Source: Malacoraja senta (lineage: Eukaryota). Taken from it: a stretch of 64,000 bases of DNA. The stretch covers positions 186,001 to 250,000 of the forward strand of contig CM076002.1 of assembly GCA_038087875.1 (NCBI GenBank), given 5' to 3'. The notes beneath the pieces were generated by a model. That model was not told the origin of the DNA, ran no database searches, and saw only the letters and a program-made list of their open reading frames with translations. Made by a program: the position numbers and the translations under genes. Position 1 is the stretch's first letter. Every line of letters starts with the position of its first letter. This document shows positions 46,153 to 59,605 of the stretch, piece after piece.

Positions 46153-47946
46153 GGTCCCAGTGTGGGGCGAGATGAGTCTAACTGACAACTGGGAGAAATA
46201 TCACAACATTCTGGTGTCACTGGTAACCACTGCATACCTCTGATGCATCTCTTCATTGGCTAAAACTGAGATAAGTTATCAATTGTGACATATCAAAAGG
46301 GACATTGTGACAGAGATGATGCGAACCCCGGTAGAATCAGTCATACAGCACAGAAACAGGCCACTCAGCCCAACTCCTTAGAGATGCCTCATCTCTCTAT
46401 TTTTTTCCTGTGAATATACTTGTCCTACATGTTGCTCTAGTACCTGCCTCAATGACCACCTCCCGAAGCTCATTCCGTACACTGTGTGAAAAGGTTGTCC
46501 TTCAGTTTCAGATGATACAAAAGGGGGTGGTTTTGCAGATAGTGAAGATGGTTGTGTAAAATTGCAGCAGGATCAAGATCGATTGGCCAGGTGGGCTGAG
46601 GAAATGTTGATGGAATTTAATAGAGAAATGTGAAGGGTTGCATTTTGGGAAGTCTAACATGGGCAGGATCTACACAGTGAATGGAAGAGCTCTGGGGAGT
46701 GTTGTGGAGCAGAGGGATCTAGGCGTGCAGGTGCATAGTTCCATGAAGGTGGAGTTGCAGGTAGATAAGGTGATCAAATAGGCTTTTAGCACTTTAGCCT
46801 TCATCAGTGAGAATATTGAGTGTAGACGTTGGGAGGTCATGTTGCAGTTGCATAAGACGTTGGTGTGGCCGCATTTAGAGTATTGTCTTCAGTTCTGGGC
46901 ACCATGTTATAGGAAAGATGCTGAGAAGATTGAAAGGCTACAGAGATGATTTTATGCGAATGTTGCCAGGACTAGAGGGTATGAGCTATAGGGAGAGGTT
47001 GAGTAGGCTGGGTCTCTCTTCCTTGGAGCACAGGAGGATGAGGGGTGATCTTACAGAGGTGTATAACATCATGAGAGGAATAGATCGGGTAGATGCACAG
47101 AGTCTCTTGCCCAGAGTAGGTGAATCGAGGACCAGAGGACATAAGTTTAAGGAGAAGGGTCAAAGATTTAACAGGAATAGAAACATAGAAAATAGGTGCA
47201 GGAATAGGCCATTCGGCCCTTCGAGCCAGCACCGCCATTCAATATGACAATGGCTGATCATCCAAAATCCATACTCCGTTCCTGCTTTTCCCCCATATCC
47301 CTTGATTCCTTTAACCATGAGAGCTATATCTAACTGTCTCTTGAAAACATCCAGTAAATTGGTCTCCATTGCCTTCTGTGGCAGATAATTCCACAGATTC
47401 GCGGATGACACAAAACTGGGTGGCAGTGTGAACTGTGAAGAGGATGTTAGGAGGTTGCAGGGTGACCTGGACAGGTTGAGTGAGTGGGCAGATGCGTGGC
47501 AGATGCAGTATAATATAGATAAATGAGGTTATCCACTTTGGTGGCAAAAACAAGGGGGCAGATTATTATCTCAATGGGGTTAGGTTAAGTAAGGGGGAGG
47601 TGCAGCGAGACCTGGGCGTCCTTGTACACTGAAAGTTAGCGTGCAGGTACAGCAGGCAGTGAAGAAAGCTAATGGAATGTTGGCCTTCATAACAAGAGGA
47701 TTTCAGTATAGGAGTAAAGAGGTTCTTCTGCAGTTGTATAGGGGCTCTGGTGAGACCACATCTGCAGTATTGTGTACAGTTTTGGTCTAATTTGAGGAAG
47801 GACATCCTTGTGATTGAGGCAGTGCAGCGTAGGTTCATGAGATTGATCCCTGGGATGGCGGGACTGTCATATGAGGAAAGATTGAAAAGACTAGGCTTAT
47901 ATTCACTGGAGTTTAGAAGGATGAGGGGCTATCTTATAGAAACATA

Positions 47947-49708
47947 TCTATATTACTAGAAGTCTGATCTTGACCGCTTTTGGCTCACTGTGGTGCGATT
48001 TCCGAGAGAACGCCACCACCTACGGCCGTCATTTTTGGCCACCTCGCTCAGAGCCCACGTCCGCCTTCCTGGACCAGAGGATTTTTCCCATCGATGAAAA
48101 AGCAGAGAGATATTAATGTTTTTTTAAAAATTGCCATTCTCTCTGCTGCCCCTGCTGGAGGGAGGGGGAGGGACTATAAAACCAGGAAGTGGTGTGCCTC
48201 ACTCAGTCTCTGCAAGGGAGGAAGCCAGAGGGTCACGTCTCTCTGAGCTCTGAATAACACTGAACACATGTCTACGGAACAGTGAGTCCCCTTAATGTGG
48301 TTTGAAAATGAAAATATGGTTGGTTTGAAGTAAAAAGGCACTGCCTGCAAATGGTTGTTTGGGTGCTTTGGGTTGAAGTTAAAATGCACTACTTACTGCA
48401 AATGGTGGTTTGGGTGCTTTGGCTTGAAGTTAAAAGGCACTACTTACTGCAAATGGTGGTTTGGGTGCTTTGGCTTGAAGTTAAAAGGCACTACTGCAAA
48501 TGCACTTACTTCCTGTTTGCACTGTATATTGATTTTAGATAAAATGCTACCACTTACGGCTGTGATTTTTTGCCATCTTACTCAGTCCCCCTGCGCTCAG
48601 CAGGTGCAGAGAATTCTTCCCATCAATGAAAAATAAAAGTGTTATCAGTGTTTTAAAAATGTTGAGAATCTCTCTCCTGTCAATCACGCCATGAAGGCCA
48701 CACCTTTTCCGGTGGGAGGGGGAGGGGTTATAAAACCCGGAAGTGTGGGTGTGGCTCAGTCTCTGCATGATGGGGGAGGGAGAGGTCACGACTCTGTCTG
48801 AGCTGTGAATCAACTGAACACACTGAATGTCTACTGAACTGTGAGTTTGGTGTTTTGTGTGGTTTTATGGTGGATTTATGGTGGTTTCACCCTGCATGAA
48901 ATGGTACGAAGCTGCATTTGAATTTGGTGGCCTTGCACCCTGCTTGAAATGGAATGAAACTGCACTTGAATTTGGTGCCCTTGCACCCTGCTAGAAGTGG
49001 AATAAAACTGCACTTGAATTTGGCGGCCTTGCACCCTGCTTGAAGTGGTATGAAACTGCACTGAATTTGGTGGCCTTGCACCCTGCTGAAAGTAGTATGA
49101 AATCTGCACTTGAATTTAGTGGCCTTGGATCCAGCTTGAAGTGGTATGAAACTGCACTTGAATTTGGTGGCCTTGCACCCTGCTTGAAGTGGTATGAAAC
49201 TGCACTTGAATTCGGTGGCCTTGCACCCTGCTTGAAGTGGTTGGAAACTGCACTTAAATTTGGTGGCCTTGCACCTTGCTTGAAGTGGTAGGAAACTGCA
49301 CTTGAATTCGGTGGCCTTGCACCCTGCTAGAAGTGGTAGGAAACTGCACTTGAATTTGGTGGCCTTGCACCCTGCTCAAAGTGGTATGAAACTGCACTTG
49401 AATTTGGTGGCCTTGCACCCTGCTTGAAAATGGTAGGAAAATGGATTTGAATTTGGTGGACTTGCACCCTGCTTGAAATGGAATTTCAAGGAATAGCCAT
49501 GAGTCAACTGCCAGCCCACCAGCCGTGAGTGAGCTGCCAGCAGATCAGGCTTGAGGGACTGAGCTGCCACCCCAAGAACCCATACCAGCGCTCCAGAAAG
49601 CCCCCCCACTGGCCACCAATATTGGAATTGGTGGAGAGGTGGAATATTGCGTCGGGAGACCAGCCCTCCCATGTGAACATGGGACCCAACGGGTCCCACT
49701 TAGTCTAG
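47947..49708 (+). mobile_element. Non-autonomous Helitron
   Basis: 5'-TC...CTAG-3' inserted between A and T with no TSD; subterminal hairpin tgggaccc-aac-gggtccca (49680-49698). Confidence 0.92.
48888..49485. repeat. Minisatellite, ~10 copies of a 59-60 bp unit, inside the Helitron
   Basis: Unit gaaactgcacttgaatttggtggccttgcaccctgcttgaagtggtat-type. A second array of ~3 x 53 bp lies at 48345-48500. Confidence 0.93.
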
Positions 49709-50022
49709 TAAAATTATAAAAGGACTGGACAAGCTAGATGCAGGAAAAATGTTCCCAATGTGGGGCGAGTCTAGAACCAGGGGCCACAGTCTTAGAATAA
49801 AGGAGAGGTCATTTAAGACTGAGGTGAGAAAAAACTTTTTCACCCAGAGAGTTGTGAATTTATGGAATTCCCTGCCACAGAGGGCAGTGGAGGCCAAGTC
49901 ACTGGATGGATTTAAGAGAGAGTTAGATAGAGCTCTTGGGGCTAGTGGAATCAAGGGATATGGGGAGAAGGCAGGCACGGGTTATTGATTGGGGACAATC
50001 AGCCATGATCACAATGAATGGC

Positions 50023-53000
50023 GGCCCAGGAGCGGTTGGAGCGATTGGAGCAGCTGCAGCAGCGTCTGGGCGGTGAGTTTAAAAACGGAGCGCAGGGCTT
50101 TGTTCCACAGAGGCCCAGGAGCAGTTGGAGCAGCGTCCGGGCGGTGAGTTTAAAAACGGAGCACGGGGCTTTGTTCCACAGAGGCCCAGGAGCGGTTGGA
50201 GTGGCTGGTGCAGCGTTGCCCACTCTGCAACGTTCCATTACACTTCAAAATGAGTGGGCTAGAGGAAGCAGCTGATTGGGAGTAACCCTAGATACTGCCG
50301 GCCCTGCTGATTTCTTCCAGCACTTTGTATTGTATCCTGGGTAAGGGGGGAGTATGAGGGCCAGGGCAGTTTACTGTTCTGGATGTCAGATGTGGGAAGT
50401 CATGGAGTCTGATAGCCTTCCAGAAGTCCACATCTGTGCCAGGTGTGTCGAGTTGGGGCTCCTAAGGGACCGTATTAGGAACCTGGAGCAGCAGCTCGAT
50501 GACCTATGTCTGGTCAGGGAGAGTGAGGAGGTCATAGAGAGGAGTTATAGAGAGGTGGTCACTCCAAGACCACAGGAGGCAGACAAGTGGGTCACGGTTA
50601 GGACGGGCAAGGGGCAGAGGCGGGGACTAGAGAATACCCCGGTGGCTGTCCACCTTCGAAATAAGTACTCCTGTTTGAGTACTGTTGGGAGGGACAGCCT
50701 ACCTGTGGGTAGCGACAGCAGCCGGGCCTCCGGCACAGAGACCGGCCCTGTTGCTCAGAAGGGTAGGGAAAAGAAGAGGAGGGCAGTAGTAATAGGGGAC
50801 TCTATAGTTAGGGGGTCAGATAGGCGATTCTGTGGACGCAGTCAGGAGACCCGGATGGTAGTTTGCCTCCCTGGTGCCAGGGTCTGGGATGTGTCTGAAC
50901 GTATCCAAGATATCCTGAAATGGGAGGGAGAGAAGCCTGAGGTCGTGGTACATATAGGTACCAATGACATAGGTAGAAAAACAGAAGAGGCCCTGAAAGG
51001 AGAATTTAGGGTGTTAGGAAGAGAGTTAAGGAGAAGGACAGCAAAAGTAACTATCTCAGGATTACTGCCTGTGCCACGTGACAGTGAGAGTAGGAATGGA
51101 GTGAGGTGGAGGATAAATGCGTGGCTGAGGGACTGGTGCAGTGGGCAGGGATTCAAGTTTCTGGATCATTGGGACCTCTTTTGGGGAAGGTGTGACCTGT
51201 ACAGAAAGGACGGGTTGCACTTGAACCCGAGGGGGACCAATATCCTGGCGGGAAGATTTGCAAAGGCTACTGCGGAGACTTTAAACTAGAACTGTTGGGG
51301 GGAGGGACTCAAATAGAGAAAGCTAGTAGACAGTGTGTGAGGCAGGAGGCAGAGAAGGGAAGCACTCAGACCCAACACGTAGGGGAGAAAGAAGAAAAAG
51401 ATAATAAACAGAGAATAAGAGGTGGTGGGTTTCTTAAATGTGTATATTTTAATGCTAGGAGCATTGTAAGAAAGGTGGATGAGCCTGGATTGACACCTGG
51501 AAGTATAATGTTGTGGCGATTAGTGAAATATGGTTGCAGGATGGCTGTGATTGGAAACTAAATATTCCAGGATTTCGTTGCTTCAGGTGTGATAGAATTG
51601 GAGGGGCAAGAGGTGGAGGTGTTGCATTGCTTGTCAGGGAAGATATTACAGCAGTGCTTTGGCAGGATAGATTAGAGGGCTCGTCTAGGGAGGCTATTTG
51701 TGTGGAACTGAGAAATGGGAAAGGTGTAGCAACACTTATAGGGATGTATTATAGACCGCCTAATGGGGAACGAGAATTGGAAGAGCAAATATGTAAGGAG
51801 ATAGCAGATATTAGTAGTAAGCACAAGTGATTGTGGAAGATTTCAATTTCCAACACATAGACTGGGAAACACATTCTGTAAAAGGGCTGGATGGTTTGGA
51901 GTTTGTAAAATGTGTGCAGGATAGTTTTTTGCAGCAATACATAGAGATACCTACTAGAGAAGGGGCAGTGAAGGACCACTTGTAGGGAAATGAGACAGGT
52001 CAGGTGGCGGAGGTATGTGTTGGGGAGCACTTCGGGTCCAGTGATCACAATACCATTAATTTCAATATAATTATGGAGAAGGTCAGAACTGGACCAAGGG
52101 TTGAGATTTTTGTTTGGAGAAAGGCTAACTTTGAAGAGATGCGAAAGGATTTAAAAGGAGTGAATTGGGACATTTTGTTTTATGGGAAGGATGTAGTAGA
52201 GCAATGGAGGACATCTAAAGGTGAAATTTTAAGAGTACAGAATCTTTATGTCCCTGTTCGGTTGAAAGGAAAGAGTAATAATTGGAAAGAGCCATGGTTT
52301 TCAAGGGAAATTGGACACGGTTCGGAAAAAGAGAGAGATCTACAATAATTATAGGCAGCATGGAGTAAATGAGGTGCTTGAGGAGTATAAAGAATGTAAA
52401 AAGAATCTTAAGAAAGAAATTAGAAAAGCTAAAAGAAGATATGAGGTTGCTTTGGCAAGTAAGGTGAAAGTAAATCCAAAGGGTTTCTACAGCTATATTA
52501 ATAGCAAAAGGATAGCGAGGGATAAAATTGGTCCATTAGAGAGTCAGAGTGGACAGCTACCTGCAGAGCCAAAAGAGATGGGGGAGATATTGAACAATTT
52601 CTTTTCTTCGGTATTCACCAAGGAGAAGGATATTGAATTATGTGAGGTAAGGGAAACAAGTAGGGTAGCTATGGAAACTATGAGGATCAAAGAAGAGGAA
52701 GTACTGACACTTTTGAAAAATATAAAAGTGGATAAGTCTCCAGGTCCTGACAGGATATTCCCAAGGACATTGAGGGAAGTTAGTGTAGAAATAGCAGGGG
52801 CTATGACAGAAATATTTCAAATGTCATTAGAAATGGGAATGGTGCCGGAGGATTGGCGTACTGCGCATGTTGTTCCATTGTTTAAAAAGGGTTCTAAGAG
52901 TAAACCTAACAATTATAGACCTGTTCGTTTGACGTCAGTGGTGGGCAAATTAATGGAAAGGATACTTAGAGATAATATATATAATCATCTGGATAAACAG

Positions 53001-54283
53001 GGTCTGATTAGGAACAGTCAACATGGATTTGTGCCTGGAAGGTCATGTTTGACTAATCTTCTTGAGTTTTTGAAGAGGTTATTAGGGAAATTGATGAGGG
53101 TAAAGCAGTGGAAGTTTTCTATATGGACTTCAGTAAGGCCTTTGACAAGGTTCCACATGGAAGGTTGGTTAAGAAGGTTCAATTGTTGGGTATTAATAGT
53201 GGAGTAGCAAGATGGATTCAACAGTGGCTGAATGGGAGATACCAGAGAGTAATGGTGGATAACTGTTTGTCAGGTTGGAGGCCGGTGACTAGTGGGGGTG
53301 CCTCAGGGATCTGTGTTGGGTCCACTGTTGTTTGTCATATACATCAATGATCTGGATGATGGTATGGTAAATTGGATTAGTAAGTATGCAGATGATACTA
53401 AGATAGGTGGTGTTGTGGATAATGAAGTAGATTTTCAAAGTCTACAGAGAGATTTAGGCCATTTGGAAGAGTGGGCTGAAAGATGGTAGATGGAGTTTAA
53501 TGCTGAAAGTGTGAGGTGCTACATCTTGGCAGGACAAATCAAAATAGGACGTCCTTGGTAAATGGTAGCGAATTGAGGAATGCAGTTGAACAGAGGGATC
53601 TAGGAATAACTGTGCATAGTTCCCTGAAGGTGGAATCTCATGTAGATAGGGTGGTAAAGAAAGCTTTTGGCCTTTATAAATCAGAACATTGAGTATAGAA
53701 GTCGGGATGTAATGTTAAAATTGTACAAGGCATTGGTGAGGCCAATTCTGGAATATGGTGCACAATTTTGGTCGCCAAATTATAGGAAAGATGTCAACAA
53801 AATAGAGAGAGTACAGACGAGATTTACTAGAATGTTGCCTGGGTTTCAGCACCTAAGTTACAGAGAAAGGTTGAACAAGATAGGTCTTTATTCTTTGGAG
53901 CGCAGAAGGTTAAGGGGGGACTTGATAGAGGTCTTTAAAATGATGAGAGGGATAGACAGAGTTGACGTGGATAACTTTTTCCATTGAGAGTAGGGAAGAT
54001 TCAAACAAGAGGACATGACTTGAGAATTAAGGGACAAAAGTTTAGGGGTAACATGAGGGGGAACTTCTTTACTCAGAGAGTGGTAGCTGTGTGGAATGAG
54101 CTTCCAGTGGAAGTGGTGGAGGCAGGTTCGATTTTATCATTTAAAATATAGACGGGAAAGGAATGGAGGGTTATGGTCAGAGTGCAGGTAGATGGGACTA
54201 GGTGAGAGTAAGTGTTCGGCACGGACTACAAGGGCTGAGATGGCCTGTTTCCGTGCTGTAATTGTTATATGGTTATATGGTTA
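50023..54283 (+). mobile_element. CR1 family A, copy 2 (near full length; ORF2 disrupted)
   Basis: 5'UTR with ~73-bp tandem units; intact ORF1; ORF2 with several frameshifts and stops; (tatggtta) tail. Confidence 0.95.
50354..51289 (+). CDS. CR1 ORF1p (CxxC...CxxC zinc finger, leucine zipper, SGNH esterase), 311 aa
   Basis: CSGC/CARC, LRDRIRNLEQQL, IGDSIVR, HIGTND and DGLHL motifs. Confidence 0.92.
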   Translation: MRARAVYCSGCQMWEVMESDSLPEVHICARCVELGLLRDRIRNLEQQLDDLCLVRESEEVIERSYREVVTPRPQEADKWVTVRTGKGQRRGLENTPVAVHLRNKYSCLSTVGRDSLPVGSDSSRASGTETGPVAQKGREKKRRAVVIGDSIVRGSDRRFCGRSQETRMVVCLPGARVWDVSERIQDILKWEGEKPEVVVHIGTNDIGRKTEEALKGEFRVLGRELRRRTAKVTISGLLPVPRDSESRNGVRWRINAWLRDWCSGQGFKFLDHWDLFWGRCDLYRKDGLHLNPRGTNILAGRFAKATAETLN

Positions 54284-54771
54284 AAGCAAGAGAAGCGCTC
54301 GTTGGATATGCAAGCAAAGAATGTCACTGTGCCTTGTCACATGTGCCAATAAAGTATTCCATTCCAATGAGTTGGTTAAAGACTCTGAGAGGAACTTTCC
54401 AAAGTTCAGCAAACATCAGCGAGCTGAACAAATTGGGTAAAAGAAGGCTTTCAACACAAGCTAAGAGTGGGGTTTCCCCAGGTCACAAGTTCACAAGTTA
54501 AGGTTTCAAGGTCAGTTTATTGCCACGTACCGATTAAGGTACAGTGAAATTTGAGTTACAAGAGTAGAATTAGGCCATTCGGTCCATCGATCTTCACTGC
54601 CATTCAATCATCCCCGATCACTGCCTCCTAATTTCCTGTTTTCACCCATTCTAATCAAGAAGTTCCACAGATTAACTACCCTCTGACTAAAGAATGTCCT
54701 CCTCACCTCCTTTCTAAAAGAGCACACTTTAATTCTGAGGCTATGATCTCTGGTCCTGGACACTACCACCA

Positions 54772-55540
54772 GTGAAGGCAGATTACTATCTAAATGGTGA
54801 CAAGTTGAGAAAAGGGGAAGTACAACAGGATCTGGGGGTCCTTGTACATCAGTCTATGAAAGTAAGCATGCAGGTACAGCAGGCAGTGAAGAAAGCGAAT
54901 GGCATGTTGGCCTTTATAACAAGAGGAATCAAATATAGGAGCAAAGAGGTCCTTCTGCAGTGTACAGAGCCCCAGTGAGACCACACCTGGAGTATTGTGT
55001 GCAGTTTTGGTCCCCTAATTTGGGGAAGGACATCTTGCTATTGAGGGAGTGCAGCGTAGGTTTACAAGGTTAATTCCCGGGATTGCGGGACTGTTATATG
55101 CTGAGAGAATGGAGCAGCTGGGCTTGTACACTCTGGAGTTTAGAAGGATGAGAGGGAATCTCATTGAAACATATAAGATTGTTAAGGGCTTGGACACGCT
55201 AGAGGCAGGAAACATGTTCCCGATGTTGAGGGAAGTGCTGAACCAGGGGCCACAGTTTAAGAATAAGGAATAAGCCATTTAGAACAGAGACGAGGAAACA
55301 CTTTTTCTCACAGAGTGGTGAGTCTGTGGAATTCTCTGCCAGAGGGCGGTGGAGGCAGGTTCTCTGGATGCTTTCAAGAGAGAGCTAGATAGGGCTCTTA
55401 AAAATAGTGGAGTCAGGGGATATGGGGAGAAGGCAGGAACAGGGTACTGATTGGGGATGATCAGCCATAATCACATTGAATGGCGGTGCAGGCTCGAAGG
55501 GCCGAATGGCCTACTCCTGCACCTATTGTCTATTGTCTAT
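54772..55540 (+). mobile_element. CR1 3' fragment (another subfamily)
   Basis: QVQQAVKKANGMLAFI...; 3' hairpin and (ctattgt)n tail. Confidence 0.85.
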
Positions 55541-58500
55541 TGGAAACACCCTTTCCACATCCACCCTATCTATGCCTTTCATTATTTTGTAAGTTTCAAT
55601 GAGGTCCCCCCTCAACCTTCCAAACTCCAGTGAGTACAGGCCCAGTGCTGTCAAACGCTTATCATATGCTAACTCACTCATTCCTAGAATAATTGTTGTA
55701 AAGAATTCCGGTGGCGCTATGGCGATCTAAGAGGTGCGCCATTTAGCTCCGCTCCGTTGAAATCGCTAAAACAGCCGAAAATACATAAAAACGGACAGAA
55801 GAAATCGCTTACCGGCAGACGCTTGTTCTCGCGTAGTGACGTCATCAGAAATCGACTCCGGTATTTTAAATGACCGGTAGAAGATACCCCAGAAGACTTC
55901 CTAAAGTTCCTAAGGGATCTAAATCACCTCAGAAGAAACGCCCTGTGGAAAGTGTGGAAAGTGAAGATGCCTCTGAAGAAGAATCCTCCACTTCAAGTAT
56001 GGAAGCAGCTAGACAACCTTTGGTGGAAGAAATCAAAACTTTATTGGGTGAGCAACTTGCGGTTGTAAAGTCGGACATCGCTGCTGGGAGAGCAGAAATC
56101 TGTGAAAAGATCGATAAGATAGATGTCTGCATAGAGGAAGTGAATTCCTCTCTGAACGGGGAAATTAAAAGTCTCTAAATTGATATCAGCCGTAAGTTGG
56201 AACCCATTCTCGTTACTTCTAAACAACATAGTGAAGCCATTCGAGAATTGGAAGTTGCTACTACCGAAAATGCTCAGACAACACACAGACTGATGGCTGA
56301 ACTGGAGCGTATTTCTGGGCAACTTGCCAAGGTGACTGAAAAATGTCTTGATCTAGAAGGGCGTTCTAAACGCTAGAATTTAAGGGTTGTTGGAGTGAAA
56401 GAAGGAAAAGAACATGGTAGAAACCCTCGTGATTTTGTGGCCCATTTACTCCAAGATGTACTTAACCTGGATGAAAAACCCAAATTCGATCGGGCGCACA
56501 GATTTCTGAGAACCCGGCCAGGACCCACAGCTCAACCAAGGCAGCTGATTCTGAAGATACATCATTCCTATGTTTTAGAAGACATCATGAAGAAAGTTGC
56601 CAACAAATGAAATCTGATCTTTGAAAGGGATAACATACAAATCTTCAGAGATTATCCAGCCGAAGTCGTCAAGAAAAGAGCACTCTTTACCAAGTCGAGA
56701 GTCATTCTGAGGGATATACCAGATCTCAGATACGGTCTACTGTATCCAGCCTAACTGAGAGTTACATATAAAGTGAAGGAACACCTCTTTACCGATCCTG
56801 ATAAGGCATTCAAGTTTGCCCAAGATACTGCTGATTCCGTCAAGGATAAGTAACTGTCTTATTGAGTTTATCTCATGATGCCAATCAAGAGGACCATATT
56901 GTATCTACACTGAAGTCATACTGTGTCTTTAATTCATTCTAACTGTATCCACTTATACAGTGGTTATAAAAAGGCTTATGGTTTATACCGGGCTTATAAT
57001 TCATTTATATTGTATGCATTTATACTGTGTTTATATTTAATATGCTGTTATAAGATTGCCGACACAGTCAGTTAATACTTCAAACAGAGAACCTGAGAGG
57101 TTGTATGACCGAGAGAGAGGGAACAAGGCAGAGAGGGGGAGGGGGAGGGGCAGAGTTGTAGAGAGAGAGAGAGGGGGAGAGAGAGGGAGGGAAAGGGAGT
57201 GAAGTAGTGTTATAGAAAGTTAATGTAAGTGAGAGTCAGTTAGAGGAACTTTAAGGGAAGCTTTGGGGAACTGGGGAGTGATGGGGGTGGATGAGAAGGA
57301 CAGGGAGAGGGAGGAAGAGAGAGAGAGTGTGGGTATGTGCTAGGAAGTATTGAGTAAGTTTTGGTAAGTCTGGGGGAAGTTCAGAGATTGAATTGGAATG
57401 TGGGAAAGCTGGTGGGAGGCAGAGGGAGGCGGAGAGGGAGGGAGAGAGAGAGAGGTTGCTTTGTCTATGTAAACCACATCTGTAATCAACAACCTGCCAC
57501 AAACTCACCGACTGAATCGTTTAATAGCTTATTTAATATACTAATATTGGTAAATTACGCAATAAGTCTCATATATTAATCTAATATCCAATATTTAACT
57601 ACCAGATTTATTGTACGCTTTTATATTGTGTTTATAATTAATATGCTGTTATAAAGCTGCCGATACAAAGTCGGTTAAAATGTTAAACAGAGAACTTGAC
57701 AGATTGCATGACAGAGCGAGAGGGAGTATGGTAGAGAAAGGGAGGGGTAGGGGTAGAGCAGTAGAGAGTTAGAGGTAGAGGGAGGAAGAGGGAACGCGGG
57801 AGTGTTATAGAGAGCCATTGTAAGTGAGAATTAGTTAGGGGAAGTTGTGGAAAGCTTGGGGAGTGTCGGGAGCGATGGGGGAAGGCGAATGGGGCAGGGA
57901 GAGGGGAGAGGTAAAGAGAGAGAGAGAGGGGTTGAGTAAGTGTTGGGAGGTATTGAGCAAGTTGTGGTAAGTTTTGGGGAAGGTTAGAGATTGTACCGGA
58001 ATGTGTGGGAAAGCTGGTGGGAGGCAGAGAGGGAGGCAGAGAGGGAGGCAGAGAGGGAGGGAGAGAGAGAGAGGCTGCTTTGTCTATGCAAACTGCAGGT
58101 GGAATTAACAGATTACTATAAGTTCACCGATTTTGAACCTGTCAATAGTTTAACATATTAATATCAGAAAGCTATCTAATAAGACTTATATATTAATCTA
58201 AATACCCAATATCCATTTATCTACTTAGTGTACAAAAAGATATTTAACCTTTTGGGAATATTGATTTCTTGACGAACTTATACACTTTTTAAAAATTCTG
58301 TTCTGTTCAGTGTTTTTTTTAACTCCTTAAGGGGCAGAGTTATTTAATATTAACATCTATGGAAGTTAACACGAATTATACCACCAAGGGGTGGTATTCA
58401 CTAGCAGCATGTCTTTATGCTGCAATTTCTATTGTCTTTTTTTTTCCCACCTATTTATTCTACGAGAAAGTTCATCTATTCTTGTTTACGCACTTATTTC

Positions 58501-58566
58501 TGGGCGATACCTCCAGGTGATATGGGAAAATGGAATAGGGCTCACGCACCCAGCAACTAAAAGATT

Positions 58567-59605
58567 CATAGAAACATAGAAAATACGTGCAGGAGGAGGC
58601 CATTCGGCCCTTCGAGTCAGCACCGCCATTCATTGTGATCATGGCTGATCGTCCCCTATCAATATCCCGTGCCTGCCTTCTCCCCATATCCCTTGACTCC
58701 ACTAGCCCCTAGAGCTCTATCTAACTCTCTCTTAAATCCATCCAGTGACAGGGAATTCCATAAATTCACAACTCTCTGGGTGAAAACGTTTTTTCTCACC
58801 TCAGTCTTAAATGACCTCCCCTTTATTCTAAGACTGTGGCCCCTGGTTCTGGACTCGCCCAACATTGGGAACATTTTTCCTGCATCTAGCTTGTCCAGTC
58901 CTTTTATAATTTTATATTGTTTCTGTAAGATCCCCCCTCATCCTTCCAAACTCCAGTGAATACAAGCCCAGTCTTTTCAATCTTTCCTCATATGACAGTA
59001 CCGCCATCCCAGGGATCAATCTCGTGAACCGATGCTGCACTGCCTCAATCACTGCCTACAGCTGCGTCCGCTGGACTGGAGGGCGGCAGCTTCGGCAGCT
59101 TCGACCACCCTGGGCCGTGGAGTTTGAGCCGGCCCGTCGCGGAGCACGGATTCGGCCGCTGGACTGGCTTACCGTCGCCCGGCGGGGTCGCAACATCAGA
59201 AGCCTGGATCGCCTCAGCGCAGAGGGAGAAGAAAGCGGGAAGAGACAGAGACTTTAAGACTTTTGCCTCCATCACAGTGAGGAGGTACCTGGTGAACTCA
59301 CTGTGGTGGATGTTAATTTGTGTTTATTGTGTGTTTTGTCATTTATTATTATATGTATGACTGCAGGCAACGAAATTTCGTTCAGACCGAAAGGTCTGAA
59401 TGACAAATAAAGGAATCTCTAATCTCTAATCTCTAATCACAAGGATGTCCTTCCTCAAATTAGGAGACCAAAACTGTACACAATACTCCAGATGTGGTCT
59501 CACCAGAGCCCCATACAACTGCAGAAGAACCTCTTTATTCCTATACTGAAATCCTCTTGTTATGAAGGTCAACATTCCATTAGCTTTCTTCACTTCCTGC
59601 TGTAT
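58567..59605 (-). mobile_element. CR1 family C 3' fragment nested in the L1 spacer
   Basis: (catagaaa)n tail; FPMLGESRTRGHSL...GYGEKAGTGY. Confidence 0.88.
59053..59434 (+). mobile_element. Unclassified non-coding retroposon with a GC-rich head and 3' hairpin
   Basis: TSD aatcac (59047-59052 / 59435-59440); hairpin ttcagacc-gaaa-ggtctgaa; aataaa; (ctctaat)n tail. Confidence 0.75.

Larger units (their letters stand above)
47398..50022 (+). mobile_element. CR1 family C 3' fragment interrupted by a Helitron
   Basis: FADDTKLGG...LIETY|KIIKGLD is rebuilt when 47947-49708 is removed. Confidence 0.88.

Noticed and set aside
48888..49485. Regular repeats superficially like a CRISPR array
   Set aside because: No unique spacers and no cas genes; it is a head-to-tail minisatellite within a eukaryotic Helitron.
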